In this document: positions 55,671 to 64,000 of the stretch, in pieces
Layout of the letters: every line of letters starts with the position of its first letter
Numbering within the stretch: position 1 is the first letter of the stretch
Assembly (NCBI GenBank): GCA_038253135.1
Contig: JBBSHJ010000001.1
Span: 1,901-65,900, forward strand
Length of the DNA: 64,000 bases
DNA from: Mycobacteriales bacterium
GTDB lineage: Bacteria; Actinomycetota; Actinomycetes; Mycobacteriales; QHCD01
Reading direction: 5' to 3'
Notes under the pieces: model-generated
What the model saw: the letters and a program-made list of their open reading frames with translations, nothing else
What the model was told of the DNA's origin: nothing
The model's database searches: none
Made by a program: the position numbers and the translations under genes

Positions 55671-57482
55671 ATGGCCACGATGCGCGGGGCTGTGGGTGGG
55701 ACGATGGCGGCGTACCCGAGGCGAGGGAGTGCACAGGTGCCAGTCGAGCGACACGGCAGCGCGCCACGGCAGGACAACCGCAGCCGGGAATGGTTCGGTG
55801 CCGAAGGGCGATCGGGCTTCATCTACCGCTCCTGGATGCGCTCGCAGGGCTTCACCGGTGACGTCTTCGACGGGCGCCCGGTCATCGGCATCGCCAACAG
55901 CTGGTCGGAGCTGACGCCGTGCAACGCGCACCTGCGCGAGGTCGCCGACGCGGTCGCGCGCGGGGTCTGGCAGGCGGGCGGGTTCCCGCTGCAGTTCCCG
56001 ACCCTCTCGCTGGGCGAGACGCTGCTGCGGCCGACCGCGATGCTCTTTCGCAACCTGATGGCGATGGACGTGGAGGAGGCGCTGCGCGGCAACCCGATCG
56101 ACGGGGCGATCCTGCTGTCGGGGTGTGACAAGACGACACCGGCGATGCTGATGGGCGCCGCGTCGGTCGACCTGCCCGCGCTCATGGTGACCGGCGGGCC
56201 GAAGCTCAACGGCAAGTTCCGCGGCGAGGACATCGGCTCGGGTACGGCGGTGTGGCGCTTCGAGCAGGAGGTACGCGCCGGGCGGATGTCGCCGGATCAG
56301 CAGGAGGAAGCCGAGATCGGGCAGTCGCGCAGTGCGGGGCACTGCATGACGATGGGTACGGCGTCGACGATGGCCTGCATCGCCGAGGCGCTCGGGATGC
56401 AGCTGCCGGGGTCGGCCGCCATTCCCGCCGTCGACTCGCGCCGCTACTCGACCGCTCACGCGGCCGGCCGCCGGATGGTCGAGATGGTGCACGAGGACCT
56501 GCGGATCAGCAAGATCCTCACCCGCGCGGCCTTTGAGAATGCAATCCGGGCGAATGCGGCGATCGGCGGGTCGACCAACGCCGCGATCCATCTGATCGCG
56601 ATCGCGGGGCGGATCGGGGTGCCGCTCGACCTCGACGACGTCGACCGCCTCGCGCGCGACGTACCGACGCTCGTCGATCTCATGCCGTCGGGCACCCATC
56701 TGATGGAGGACTTCTACTACGCCGGCGGCCTGCCCGCGGTGCTGCGGGAGATTTCCGGCCTGCTGCACAATGACGCGATCACCGTGACGGGCAAGGGCAT
56801 CGGCGAGAACAACGCCGAGGCGCAGTGCTGGGACCGCGACGTGATCCGGCCGATCGACAATCCGTTCAAGCCGGCCGGGTCGGGGACCGCGGTGCTGCGC
56901 GGAAACCTCTGCCCCGATGGCGCGGTCATCAAGCAGTCGGCCGCCGCGCCGGAATTGTTGCAACACCGGGGCCAGGCTCTCGTCTTCGACACGGTCGAGG
57001 AATACAACTCCGTGAGCGAGGATCCCGACCTGCCGGTCGATGCCTCCACCGTCCTGGTGGTCAGAAATGCCGGTCCGCGCGGATATCCCGGCATGCCCGA
57101 GGTGGGCAACGTCCCGATCCCGACCAAGCTGGCGCTGCAGGGAGTCGAGGACATGGTTCGCATTTCCGACGGGCGGATGAGCGGGACGGGATTCGGCACT
57201 GTCGTGCTCCACGTCGCGCCCGAGGCCGCGGTCGGTGGCCCGCTCGCACTGGTCCGCACGGGCGATTGGATCAACCTCGACGTGCCGGCGCGGTCCCTGA
57301 CGGTCGAGGTCGACGAGGCGGAGATGGAGCGGCGCCGAGCGGAGTGGAAACCGCCGGAGCCGCGGCATGACCGTGGCTATGCGCGGCTCTACGTCGACCA
57401 CGTCCTGCAGGCCGACCAGGGCGCCGACCTCGATTTCCTCGTCGGGGCGAGCGGGCACGACGTACCACGGGACTCGCATTGA
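55671..57482 (+). CDS. IlvD/Edd-family dehydratase (dihydroxy-acid or sugar-acid dehydratase)
   Basis: ATG 55671 has GGAGG 5 nt upstream. SREWFGAEGRSGFIYRSWMRSQGF...VIGIANSWSELTPCNAHL...LLSGCDKTTPAMLMGA...SAGHCMTMGTASTMA...ISDGRMSGTGFG. Confidence 0.9.
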   Translation: MATMRGAVGGTMAAYPRRGSAQVPVERHGSAPRQDNRSREWFGAEGRSGFIYRSWMRSQGFTGDVFDGRPVIGIANSWSELTPCNAHLREVADAVARGVWQAGGFPLQFPTLSLGETLLRPTAMLFRNLMAMDVEEALRGNPIDGAILLSGCDKTTPAMLMGAASVDLPALMVTGGPKLNGKFRGEDIGSGTAVWRFEQEVRAGRMSPDQQEEAEIGQSRSAGHCMTMGTASTMACIAEALGMQLPGSAAIPAVDSRRYSTAHAAGRRMVEMVHEDLRISKILTRAAFENAIRANAAIGGSTNAAIHLIAIAGRIGVPLDLDDVDRLARDVPTLVDLMPSGTHLMEDFYYAGGLPAVLREISGLLHNDAITVTGKGIGENNAEAQCWDRDVIRPIDNPFKPAGSGTAVLRGNLCPDGAVIKQSAAAPELLQHRGQALVFDTVEEYNSVSEDPDLPVDASTVLVVRNAGPRGYPGMPEVGNVPIPTKLALQGVEDMVRISDGRMSGTGFGTVVLHVAPEAAVGGPLALVRTGDWINLDVPARSLTVEVDEAEMERRRAEWKPPEPRHDRGYARLYVDHVLQADQGADLDFLVGASGHDVPRDSH

Positions 57483-58501
57483 CCGCGGCAAGAACCGTCC
57501 GGACCATTCCCGGCGACGCGCCGCTCCGGGCGGCCGTCGTCGGTGCCGGCGGGATGGGCAAGGGCTGGATCAGCACCGTCGCCGGGTCACCGCTCGTCGA
57601 GCTGGTCGGGGTCGTCGATCTCGACGAGTCGGCGGCGCTCGCGGCCGCACCGGACGGCGTGCCCGTCGGCACTTCGCTCGGAGCGTTGGCCGCGCAGGTC
57701 GGGGCCGAGGTCGTCATCGACGTGACGGTGCCGGAGGCGCACCTTCCGGTCACACTGGAGGCGCTCGGCCTCGGGTTGCCGGTGCTCGGCGAGAAACCGC
57801 TAGCCGCGTCGATGGCCGCGGCCCGCCAGTTGATGGACGCGGCGGAGAAATCCGGCGAATTATTCATGGTGAGTCAGAATCGGCGCTTCAACCCGCTGCT
57901 GTTCGATTTCAAGCACCGAGTCGACGCGCTCGGTGGCGCTCAGATCCTGACCCACGAATTCTTCAAAGCACCGCATTTCGGCGGATTCCGCGATGCGATG
58001 GAGCATCCGTTGCTGCTGGACATGGCGATCCACAATTTCGACGCCGCCCGGTTCGTGCTCGGCGGGGACGCGATCGCGGTGTATTGCGAGGAGTACAACC
58101 CGTCGTGGAGCTGGTACGACGGCGCCGCCGCTGCGACGCTGATCGCCGAATTCGCCGGTGGCGCGCGCTATGTCTACACCGGAAGCTGGTGCAGCGAGGG
58201 CCTCGAGACCTCCTGGGACACCCGGTGGCGGGCCAGCTGTCCCGGTGGCTCGGCGGTGTGGGATGGCGATCATCCGGCGGAGTCGGAGCCAGCCGTGCAC
58301 GGCGTACCGCCGGCGCCGCCGGCGAACGGCATCGAGGGCTCGCTGGCGGCCTTCGTGCACGCGCTGCGCACCGGCGAGGCTCCGATGGGCGAGTGCCACG
58401 ATAACCTGCAGAGCCTCGCACTGGTCCACGCCGCCATCGCCTCGGCCGATCAGGGACGCAAGGTGACGCTCGAAGAGGTGCTGACCGCCGCGCGTCCGTG
58501 A
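57479..58501 (+). CDS. Gfo/Idh/MocA-family oxidoreductase
   Basis: TTG 57479 overlaps the dehydratase stop (TTGA). LRAAVVGAGGMGKGWIST...VLGEKPLAASMAAARQLMDA. Confidence 0.85.
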   Translation: MTAARTVRTIPGDAPLRAAVVGAGGMGKGWISTVAGSPLVELVGVVDLDESAALAAAPDGVPVGTSLGALAAQVGAEVVIDVTVPEAHLPVTLEALGLGLPVLGEKPLAASMAAARQLMDAAEKSGELFMVSQNRRFNPLLFDFKHRVDALGGAQILTHEFFKAPHFGGFRDAMEHPLLLDMAIHNFDAARFVLGGDAIAVYCEEYNPSWSWYDGAAAATLIAEFAGGARYVYTGSWCSEGLETSWDTRWRASCPGGSAVWDGDHPAESEPAVHGVPPAPPANGIEGSLAAFVHALRTGEAPMGECHDNLQSLALVHAAIASADQGRKVTLEEVLTAARP

Positions 58502-58551
58502 CCCGGACCCGTCGTGGCTCGTGCCGGTGCGCGGCCGGCCCTCGCGGCTGG

Positions 58552-59367
58552 TCAGGCGGGTGCGGTCGCGGTCGGCTCGTTCTCGATGCGGGTCAGCCAG
58601 TAGTCGAAGTCGTACGTCGCCTCGCCGGTCAGGTGCCGCCACAGCCGCGCCCGGTTAATGAGCTCGAGGCGTGCGGTCGCGTTTTCGTACCAGGCAAACC
58701 GCTGCCGCAGCGCCTCCTCGACCTCCGGTGAGTCGAGGTCGGTGGTGTTCCACAGCCGTTCCTGGCGGACGGTCGGGTTGAGCCGGATCTTGTACATGTA
58801 ACGCAGCTGGTCGCTGTCGTTGCGCCGGCCACAGTGCCAGATGCCGTGGTGCAGGATCAGCACGGTGCCGGCCGGGCAGGTCAGCGGGATCTGGCCGCGC
58901 AGATTCTGATAGCGCCCGATGTCGGTCTCATTGATCCGGCGCAGGTGGCTGCCCGGTACGACGAGCGTGCCGCCCATTTCCGGCGTCACCTCGTGCGGGT
59001 AATACATGAGCTGGATGTCGAACGCCGTCCGGATGTCGATGATCGCATCGGCGTGCAGATGCTGCGACTCGCCGCCACGGGCCGGGCGTACGTGCGTCGC
59101 GTGGTGATCGACGAGGGGCGCCGGCCCGACGAGGCTGGCGATCGCGCCGGCGACCCGCGGGTGGCCGAGGATCGCGGTAATTGCCGGCTGGTCGGCGTAC
59201 GCCTCTGACAGCGGGATTCCCGCCGGTACGCCGGGAAGTCCGGCCTCGATGACCGTCATGGCGGCTTGGTTGGTCGCGCCGTCGATGATGCCGTCGAACC
59301 GCAGCATTCCGGCGGCGACGAACTGTGCCATCTGGACGGAGTTGAGTAACGTCGGCTGCGCCGTCAT
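58552..59367 (-). CDS. Phytanoyl-CoA dioxygenase (PhyH)-family Fe(II)/2-oxoglutarate oxygenase
   Basis: ATG 59367. QHLHADAIID (HxD) and LILHHGIWHCG (distal His), with a double-stranded beta-helix pattern. The track start 59793 adds an Arg/Gly-rich off-frame-like N-terminus. Confidence 0.85.
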   Translation of the reverse strand: MTAQPTLLNSVQMAQFVAAGMLRFDGIIDGATNQAAMTVIEAGLPGVPAGIPLSEAYADQPAITAILGHPRVAGAIASLVGPAPLVDHHATHVRPARGGESQHLHADAIIDIRTAFDIQLMYYPHEVTPEMGGTLVVPGSHLRRINETDIGRYQNLRGQIPLTCPAGTVLILHHGIWHCGRRNDSDQLRYMYKIRLNPTVRQERLWNTTDLDSPEVEEALRQRFAWYENATARLELINRARLWRHLTGEATYDFDYWLTRIENEPTATAPA

Positions 59368-59645
59368 TTCGCGATCTCCTCCAACCGCTCGAAATAGAAT
59401 TCGTGCTTGAGGAACGACGTGTCCCATTCGTGCCCGGGCTGCGGTGGGACCAGCTGCGCGGCCTGGATCAGCCGCCAGCCGTCGCGCAACGCCGCGAGCC
59501 CGGTGGGGTACGGCGGCTCCGAGCTGTCGCCGGTGGCGAAATCGGTCCTGCCGGTGCCGTCGTACTGCGCCCAGCCGGTCACGCTGCTGTCCAGCGCCGA
59601 GTCGTTCAAATACAGGACGAGCACCTGCTGCCGTACCGCCGTCAT
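59364..59645 (-). CDS. Hypothetical 93-aa protein, translationally coupled to the PhyH oxygenase
   Basis: ATG 59645 has GAGGG 6 nt upstream. Third-position GC is high throughout. The stop overlaps the PhyH start (ATGA at 59364-59367). MTAVRQQVLVLYLNDSALDSSVTGWAQYDGTGRTDFATGDSSEPPYPTGLAALRDGWRLIQAAQLVPPQPGHEWDTSFLKHEFYFERLEEIAK. I recognise no family. Confidence 0.65.
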   Translation of the reverse strand: MTAVRQQVLVLYLNDSALDSSVTGWAQYDGTGRTDFATGDSSEPPYPTGLAALRDGWRLIQAAQLVPPQPGHEWDTSFLKHEFYFERLEEIAK

Positions 59646-59776
59646 CTGCCGCCCTCAGTGAATCCTCGGATGATTTCGAGTCAACGCTACTCATCGCGTG
59701 GCGCTGCGGGCGAATCGATTGACCGGATCCGGCTGTGGAGTTGTGCGCTTCGGTCCGCCCGGGAGCAGGCGAGCCA

Positions 59777-61039
59777 TCACGCATCGGCCGCATGCGTGAC
59801 GTCCGGGTGACGGGTGGCTCGGCTCAACGTGGCTCCGGTGACGATCGCGACGAGGACTCCGGCGGCGCCCGCACCGGCGAGCACGGTCCGCGGTGACGCT
59901 GAGGTCAACGCGAACCCGCCGCCAAGATAGGAGAGTCCCGCGGCGAGGCCGATCGCGGTGTAGAAGTTCGCGAAGACGCGCGATTGCATCGCCGTCGGCA
60001 CGTAGCGCTGCAGCAGCGTGTTACCGCCGGCGTCCTGTGCGGCGATCCCGAGGCCGCGAACGATCTGGCTGGTTATCGCCAAGGCGATGATCCATGACAG
60101 GCCGGTCGCCAGGTTGCCAAGGCTGTTGAGGGCGATGCCGCCGACCAGGAACAGGTGAGGTGCTTCGCGCCGAATACGGGTCAGTGCGAGGAAACCGATT
60201 AGCAGCCCAGCGTCAGCTCCCGCGTAGAGCAGGCTGGTGAGGGAGCTGCTGGCGTGCAACGTGTCTTTGGCCAGGAAGACCAGCGCGACGTCGTCCAAGG
60301 CGGTGCACGCGACCAGCGCACTGAAACCGAGGACCGTCGTCCGCACGATCCGGTTACTCCACATGTAACGCAGGCCAGTTACGACGTCCCGCCAGATGCC
60401 TTGGCGAGTCTCACCTGCCCGCGGGTAGGGATGCGGCGCGGTGGGTGGAAGGTCCGGTAGCCGCCAGAGCAGGGTGACGGAGACGGCGAAGGTGAGCGCG
60501 TCAACGAGTAGGACTCCGCGCAGACCCACCAGCGGCGTGAGCACAGCCACGCCGAGGGGGCCGACGATTGCCAGTCCGTAGGTGCCGAAACCGATGATCG
60601 AATTCGCCCGAGTCAGATCTGATTCGGGCACCAACTGCGGTACGGCGCTCGAGGACGCCGGCTGGAAGGCACTGGCGAGGTTGGCATTGATCGCGACGAG
60701 AATCAGCAATCCGGCGAGCCCGGGCATCCAGAGGGCCAGCATCAGCACCGCTGCGGCTTGCAGGACCTGCGTCGTGATCATCAGTCGGCGGCGGTCGAAT
60801 CGGTCACCGAGGGAGCCCAGGACTGGGCTGAACAGGCTCGGTGCAAAATCACCGACGATCAGCAGTGCCGCCACGGCCGGACCACCGGAACGGTGCGCGA
60901 CGTATAACAACAAAGCCATGTGGGCCAGCGAGTCGCCGGCAAATGACACCGTGCGCCCGGACCACAGCAAGCCGAATCCGGGATTGTGTCGAAGCAGACC
61001 CCACCCGCGACGCCGACCCGACGCCGCATCGGACACCAT
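59777..61039 (-). CDS. MFS transporter (EntS/MFS_3-like efflux type)
   Basis: LLRHNPGFGLLWSGRTVSFAGDSLAHMALLLYV...; about 12 hydrophobic segments. Confidence 0.85.
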   Translation of the reverse strand: MVSDAASGRRRGWGLLRHNPGFGLLWSGRTVSFAGDSLAHMALLLYVAHRSGGPAVAALLIVGDFAPSLFSPVLGSLGDRFDRRRLMITTQVLQAAAVLMLALWMPGLAGLLILVAINANLASAFQPASSSAVPQLVPESDLTRANSIIGFGTYGLAIVGPLGVAVLTPLVGLRGVLLVDALTFAVSVTLLWRLPDLPPTAPHPYPRAGETRQGIWRDVVTGLRYMWSNRIVRTTVLGFSALVACTALDDVALVFLAKDTLHASSSLTSLLYAGADAGLLIGFLALTRIRREAPHLFLVGGIALNSLGNLATGLSWIIALAITSQIVRGLGIAAQDAGGNTLLQRYVPTAMQSRVFANFYTAIGLAAGLSYLGGGFALTSASPRTVLAGAGAAGVLVAIVTGATLSRATRHPDVTHAADA

Positions 61040-61177
61040 GACCTACTTCCTTTCCGGCTCCGCGCCGGGGGGCGCACGTAGGAATCCGCTATCCGGCAGA
61101 GCGCAACTGCCGGTTGGCTTCGGTCCCGTGTTCGGTGCCGGTCGGCGGCCGCGATTGCCTGATCCGCATTCTTCGCC

Positions 61178-61487
61178 ATGTCGACAGGGTCGGCCAGTCG
61201 ATTATCGTTTCAGGTCCGCCTTCTACTCACGGCTGCTCGGCTGGCCGATGGGCACGGTGGAGCAGGCGCCCGACGAACCGCCGAACGACGGATTTGTGCG
61301 GATCTGGCCGCCGCCGGGCGAGACGGGACCGACCCTGAATTTCGCGTACAAGCGAGCGTTCACTCCGCCGATATGGCCGAGCGCGGCGGGTGCGCAAAAC
61401 GCCACGCAGCATCTCGATATCGGCGCGGACGACCTCGACGCGGCGGAGACTTGGGCAATCGAGGCAGGCGCTACGCGCGACGAGCAT
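61178..61487 (+). pseudogene. Truncated, N-terminally frameshifted paralog of the VOC (glyoxalase/bleomycin-resistance fold) gene at 63421..63822
   Basis: From nt 61221: FYSRLLGWPMGTVEQAPDEPPNDGFVRIWPPPGETGPTLNFAYKRAFTPPIWPSAAGAQNATQHLDIGADDLDAAETWAIEAGATRDEH. This parallels residues 24-112 of the intact copy. The only ATG (61178) is in another frame. Homology ends at the (CGGTG)6 tract and the last ~21 codons are missing. Confidence 0.6.
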
Positions 61488-61517
61488 CGGTGCGGTGCGG
61501 TGCGGTGCGGTGCGGTG
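61488..61517. repeat. Pentanucleotide microsatellite (CGGTG)x6
   Basis: Read directly: CGGTGCGGTGCGGTGCGGTGCGGTGCGGTG. It lies exactly where homology to the intact VOC gene is lost. Confidence 0.95.
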
Positions 61518-63398
61518 CGCGGAATTTAGCTGACTCGACCGGCCAAATATTGAATTGCTTCCCTTGCCCTGCGTCGGCGAGGCGGGTAGAATCGAACACA
61601 TGTTTGGGCAATCGGTCGGGGAGCCAGCGGTGGCGCTGACGGTCGCGGAGATCCGCGAGTTCGTCGCCCGGCTGGCAGTGCCGGTGAAGGGCGAGGACTC
61701 GGCCGGCCTGGTGGACCGGCTTGATGGGTTGGAGCGGCTTAAGGCCGCCGCGGGCGGAGCCCAGCTGATCGCGAGCGTCGAGGTGGCCGATCGGGAGCTG
61801 GCCCGGGATGCGGCGGCCGGGGTGCCGCTGCGGCGGCGCGGTGAGGCCGCCGGGGCGCTAGTCGGTTTCGCCTGCCGGATTTCTCCGTGGGCGGGCACCC
61901 GTCGGATCGCCGAGGGCCGGGTGCTGGTCGAGGACCTGCCGCGCACTCTGTCCGCGCTGCGCCGGGGTGAGATTTCGCAGTGGCGGGCGACGATCGTGGC
62001 CCGGGCCAGCGCGGCGTTGGACGCAGCAGCACGGCGGCGGGTGGACGCCGAGCTCGCCGCCGAGCTGCCCAAGCTCGGGGATCGCAAGCTCAAGGCGGCG
62101 GCGAGTGCGGCGGCGTATCAGGCGGATCCAGAGGGTTTCGTCGCCCGGCGGGCCAAGGCCGAAGCCGACCGGCGGGTCACGGTGCGCCCGGCCCCGGACA
62201 CGATGGCCTATCTGACCGCGTTGTTGCCGGTGGAGCAGGCCGTCGCCGTCTACGCCGCGTTGGATCGGTATGCCAAGACGTTGATCGCCGCCGGGGATGC
62301 GCGGGCGCGGGACCAGATCATGGCCGACACGGCGTACGAGCGGCTGACCGGGCAAGTCGTCGCGGACGGGGTGGCGGTGGAGATCGGGCTGATCCTGGAC
62401 GCCGAAACCCTGTTTGCCGGCGGCACCGCGCCGGCGACGATTCGTGGCTACGGGGCGATCCCGGCCAGCCTGGCCCGCACCCTGGCCACCGGCGGTGCCC
62501 GGCGGACCGGGGCGCAGCGGCGGCGGTCGCGGGCCTGGCTGCGGCGGCTGTTCTGTCGCCGCGACGGGCAGCTGGTGGCGATGGACTCCCGTCGCCGCGG
62601 CTTCGATGACGGGATCCGGGAGTTGATCGCGATCCGCGACCACGACACCTGTCGCACGCCGTTTTGCGACGCGCCACTGCGGCATGCCGATCACGCCGTG
62701 CCCCGCCACGACGGCGGCCCGACCCGGGTGGGTAATGGGCAGGGTCTGTGCGAAGCCTGCAATTACCGCAAGGAGCACCCGGGCTGGCGCACCACCGTCA
62801 TCGATGACGGCAGCAAACCCTGGCAACCCCACCGCGTCCGCACCGTTTTACCCACCGGACATGCCTACGACTCGACCGCACCACCAATCACACCGGAAAC
62901 CAGCCGGGTCGAGCGGCACCTGCGCATCGATCTCGCTTTCCGCTCACCACCAGATCAGCGGGCCAGCTGAGATGTGGTACGACGAGGCGCATGAGCGCAA
63001 GCAGCAGATTCGCTATCAGCGATATGACCGTCGTGCCGCCCGACGCGCCCGGCCCAGGGATGGGCGGACGGTGGTCGCCGACGAGCCGTCAGGCGACGAG
63101 TTGATCGCGGCGGTAAAGGCGGAGGATCAGTCCCCCGATCGCTCTGGTGCCGTGCGCCGAGCGGGCGACCAAATTGGGTCAGGCAGCGCAGACGATTTCG
63201 GCCTTGTTTGATTTCCAGGCCTTGCTGCGCGACCCGGACCCTTGACCGAGGATGTCGTGGGCATCTATGAGGCGGGCACCAGGCGTGAGATGTGCCGGGA
63301 AGCCTTCGTCATCGCTTTTCGGATCACCGATCTGCGACGCCACATGCGTCGCGGACCCGACGATGTCATCCGTCTCGTGTCCACTTGGACGCCTTGAG
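61518..63398 (+). mobile_element. Possible REP13E12-like element carrying a DUF222/HNH gene (boundaries inferred, no terminal repeats identified)
   Basis: This is the segment between the loss of VOC homology (61487/61517) and the SD of the intact VOC gene (~63400). It contains the HNH gene plus ~450 bp of lower-GC sequence with only short ORFs. Confidence 0.3.
61600..62970 (+). CDS. DUF222-domain HNH endonuclease (13E12-repeat-family protein)
   Basis: ATG 61600. The N-terminal region LVDRLDGLERLKAAAGGAQLIASVEVADRE is DUF222-like. C-terminal IRDHDTCRTPFCDAPLRHADHAVPRHDGGPTRVGNGQGLCEACNYRKEHPGW is the HNH motif. Confidence 0.85.
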   Translation: MFGQSVGEPAVALTVAEIREFVARLAVPVKGEDSAGLVDRLDGLERLKAAAGGAQLIASVEVADRELARDAAAGVPLRRRGEAAGALVGFACRISPWAGTRRIAEGRVLVEDLPRTLSALRRGEISQWRATIVARASAALDAAARRRVDAELAAELPKLGDRKLKAAASAAAYQADPEGFVARRAKAEADRRVTVRPAPDTMAYLTALLPVEQAVAVYAALDRYAKTLIAAGDARARDQIMADTAYERLTGQVVADGVAVEIGLILDAETLFAGGTAPATIRGYGAIPASLARTLATGGARRTGAQRRRSRAWLRRLFCRRDGQLVAMDSRRRGFDDGIRELIAIRDHDTCRTPFCDAPLRHADHAVPRHDGGPTRVGNGQGLCEACNYRKEHPGWRTTVIDDGSKPWQPHRVRTVLPTGHAYDSTAPPITPETSRVERHLRIDLAFRSPPDQRAS

Positions 63399-63420
63399 GT
63401 AGGGAGGATGTGAGGTCACC

Positions 63421-63822
63421 ATGGCAAAGCTTCGCTTCGAGGTCGGCGCACTCACGATCGGGGCTTATGATCCACGCGCCCTCGCTGGTTTCTATTCACG
63501 ATTACTCGGCTGGCCGATGGGCACGGTGGAGGAGCCCAAGGGCAACGAGCCGGCGCACGGCGGATTTGCCCGGATCTGCCCACTGGAGGGCGAGACCGCG
63601 CCGACCCTCAACTTCGAATACGAGCGGGAATTCACCTCGCCGGTGTGGCCGAGCGTCGCCGGTGGGCCAAACGCCACGCAGCATCTCGACATCGGCGTCG
63701 ACGACCTCGATGCGGCTGCGGCTTGGGCGATCGAATGCGGCGCCACGCTTGCCGGGCATCAGCCGCAGCCGCACGTCCGGGTGATGCTTGATCCCGAGGG
63801 TCATCCCTTCTGCCTGTGCTGA
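63421..63822 (+). CDS. VOC-family (glyoxalase-like) protein, intact copy
   Basis: ATG 63421 is preceded by GGGAGGA. MAKLRFEVGALTIGAYDPRALAGFYSRLLGWPMG...HLDIGVDDLDAAAAWAIECGATLAGHQPQPHVRVMLDPEGHPFCL. Confidence 0.85.
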   Translation: MAKLRFEVGALTIGAYDPRALAGFYSRLLGWPMGTVEEPKGNEPAHGGFARICPLEGETAPTLNFEYEREFTSPVWPSVAGGPNATQHLDIGVDDLDAAAAWAIECGATLAGHQPQPHVRVMLDPEGHPFCLC

Positions 63823-64000
63823 CCGGCGATGTCTCGCGATGATCAGCTGCAGCCGGAGGCCGGCAGTACACACGCGGAGAAGATCCGCCGTCCACGTCCT
63901 CGGGCCATCGATCCCCCTTCGGCCACGATCCAACCGCAACCGACCGGGCCGCAATACGCCCTAGATGATCGGCTCTGTGAGGGATCGTCCTGCGTCCAGC

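Noticed and set aside
49965-61517. CRISPR array.
   Set aside because: The only tandem repeats are a 24-bp unit with 2.7 copies and no spacers, and a pentanucleotide microsatellite. There are no cas genes.
61178-63822. Diversity-generating retroelement (template and variable repeat) interpretation of the two VOC copies.
   Set aside because: The differences between the copies are of all substitution types plus an indel, not adenine-specific. There is no reverse transcriptase in the window.
63961-64000. Possible 3' end of a minus-strand gene at the window edge (…LDAGRSLTEPII-stop, TAG at 63961-63963).
   Set aside because: Only 13 codons are visible, so no family assignment or coding-bias judgement is possible.

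Overview
Very GC-rich actinobacterial chromosomal segment; third codon positions are almost always G/C, and off-frame ORFs are Arg/Gly/Pro-rich noise. The backbone is nearly the whole de novo purine pathway in the conserved actinobacterial order: purA, purD, purB, purC, purS-purQ-purL, purF, purM. It is followed by the Streptomyces-like block DUF3073 / Leu-Val dehydrogenase / bldC. Accessory inserts are wedged between the pur genes: an Rpf-like transglycosylase plus two tandem NlpC/P60 paralogs; a LacI regulator; a five-gene family-5 ABC importer; a membrane metallophosphoesterase; a PAP2-like membrane protein; a sterol-carrier/MDMPI-like protein; and a coupled pair of Gfo/Idh/MocA oxidoreductases. 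The second half (33-64 kb) is accessory-like. It holds a second family-5 ABC importer in unusual gene order, an aminotransferase, a VIT1 transporter and a secreted beta-propeller. It also holds a MarR gene divergent from a truncated-hemoglobin::ankyrin fusion, a tRNA Glu-Asp-[insert]-Phe cluster, and an ADP-ribosylglycohydrolase fusion protein. Two sugar loci follow: LacI with an isomerase and an FGGY kinase, and an IlvD/Edd dehydratase with an oxidoreductase. The remainder is a patch of three truncated genes, an MFS / 93-aa unknown / PhyH-dioxygenase cluster, and a DUF222-HNH (REP13E12-like) gene lying between a truncated and an intact VOC paralog. I saw no CRISPR array, rRNA, integrase, transposase or reverse transcriptase. 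The best leads are the trHb-ankyrin fusion with its MarR operator region; the HNH/VOC-duplication locus with a (CGGTG)6 junction; the small-protein/PhyH/MFS cluster; and a conserved promoter-plus-leader shared by the two NlpC/P60 genes. All calls come from manual reading of the sequence and ORF track plus family knowledge from memory. No searches were run, and start codons are the least certain coordinates.
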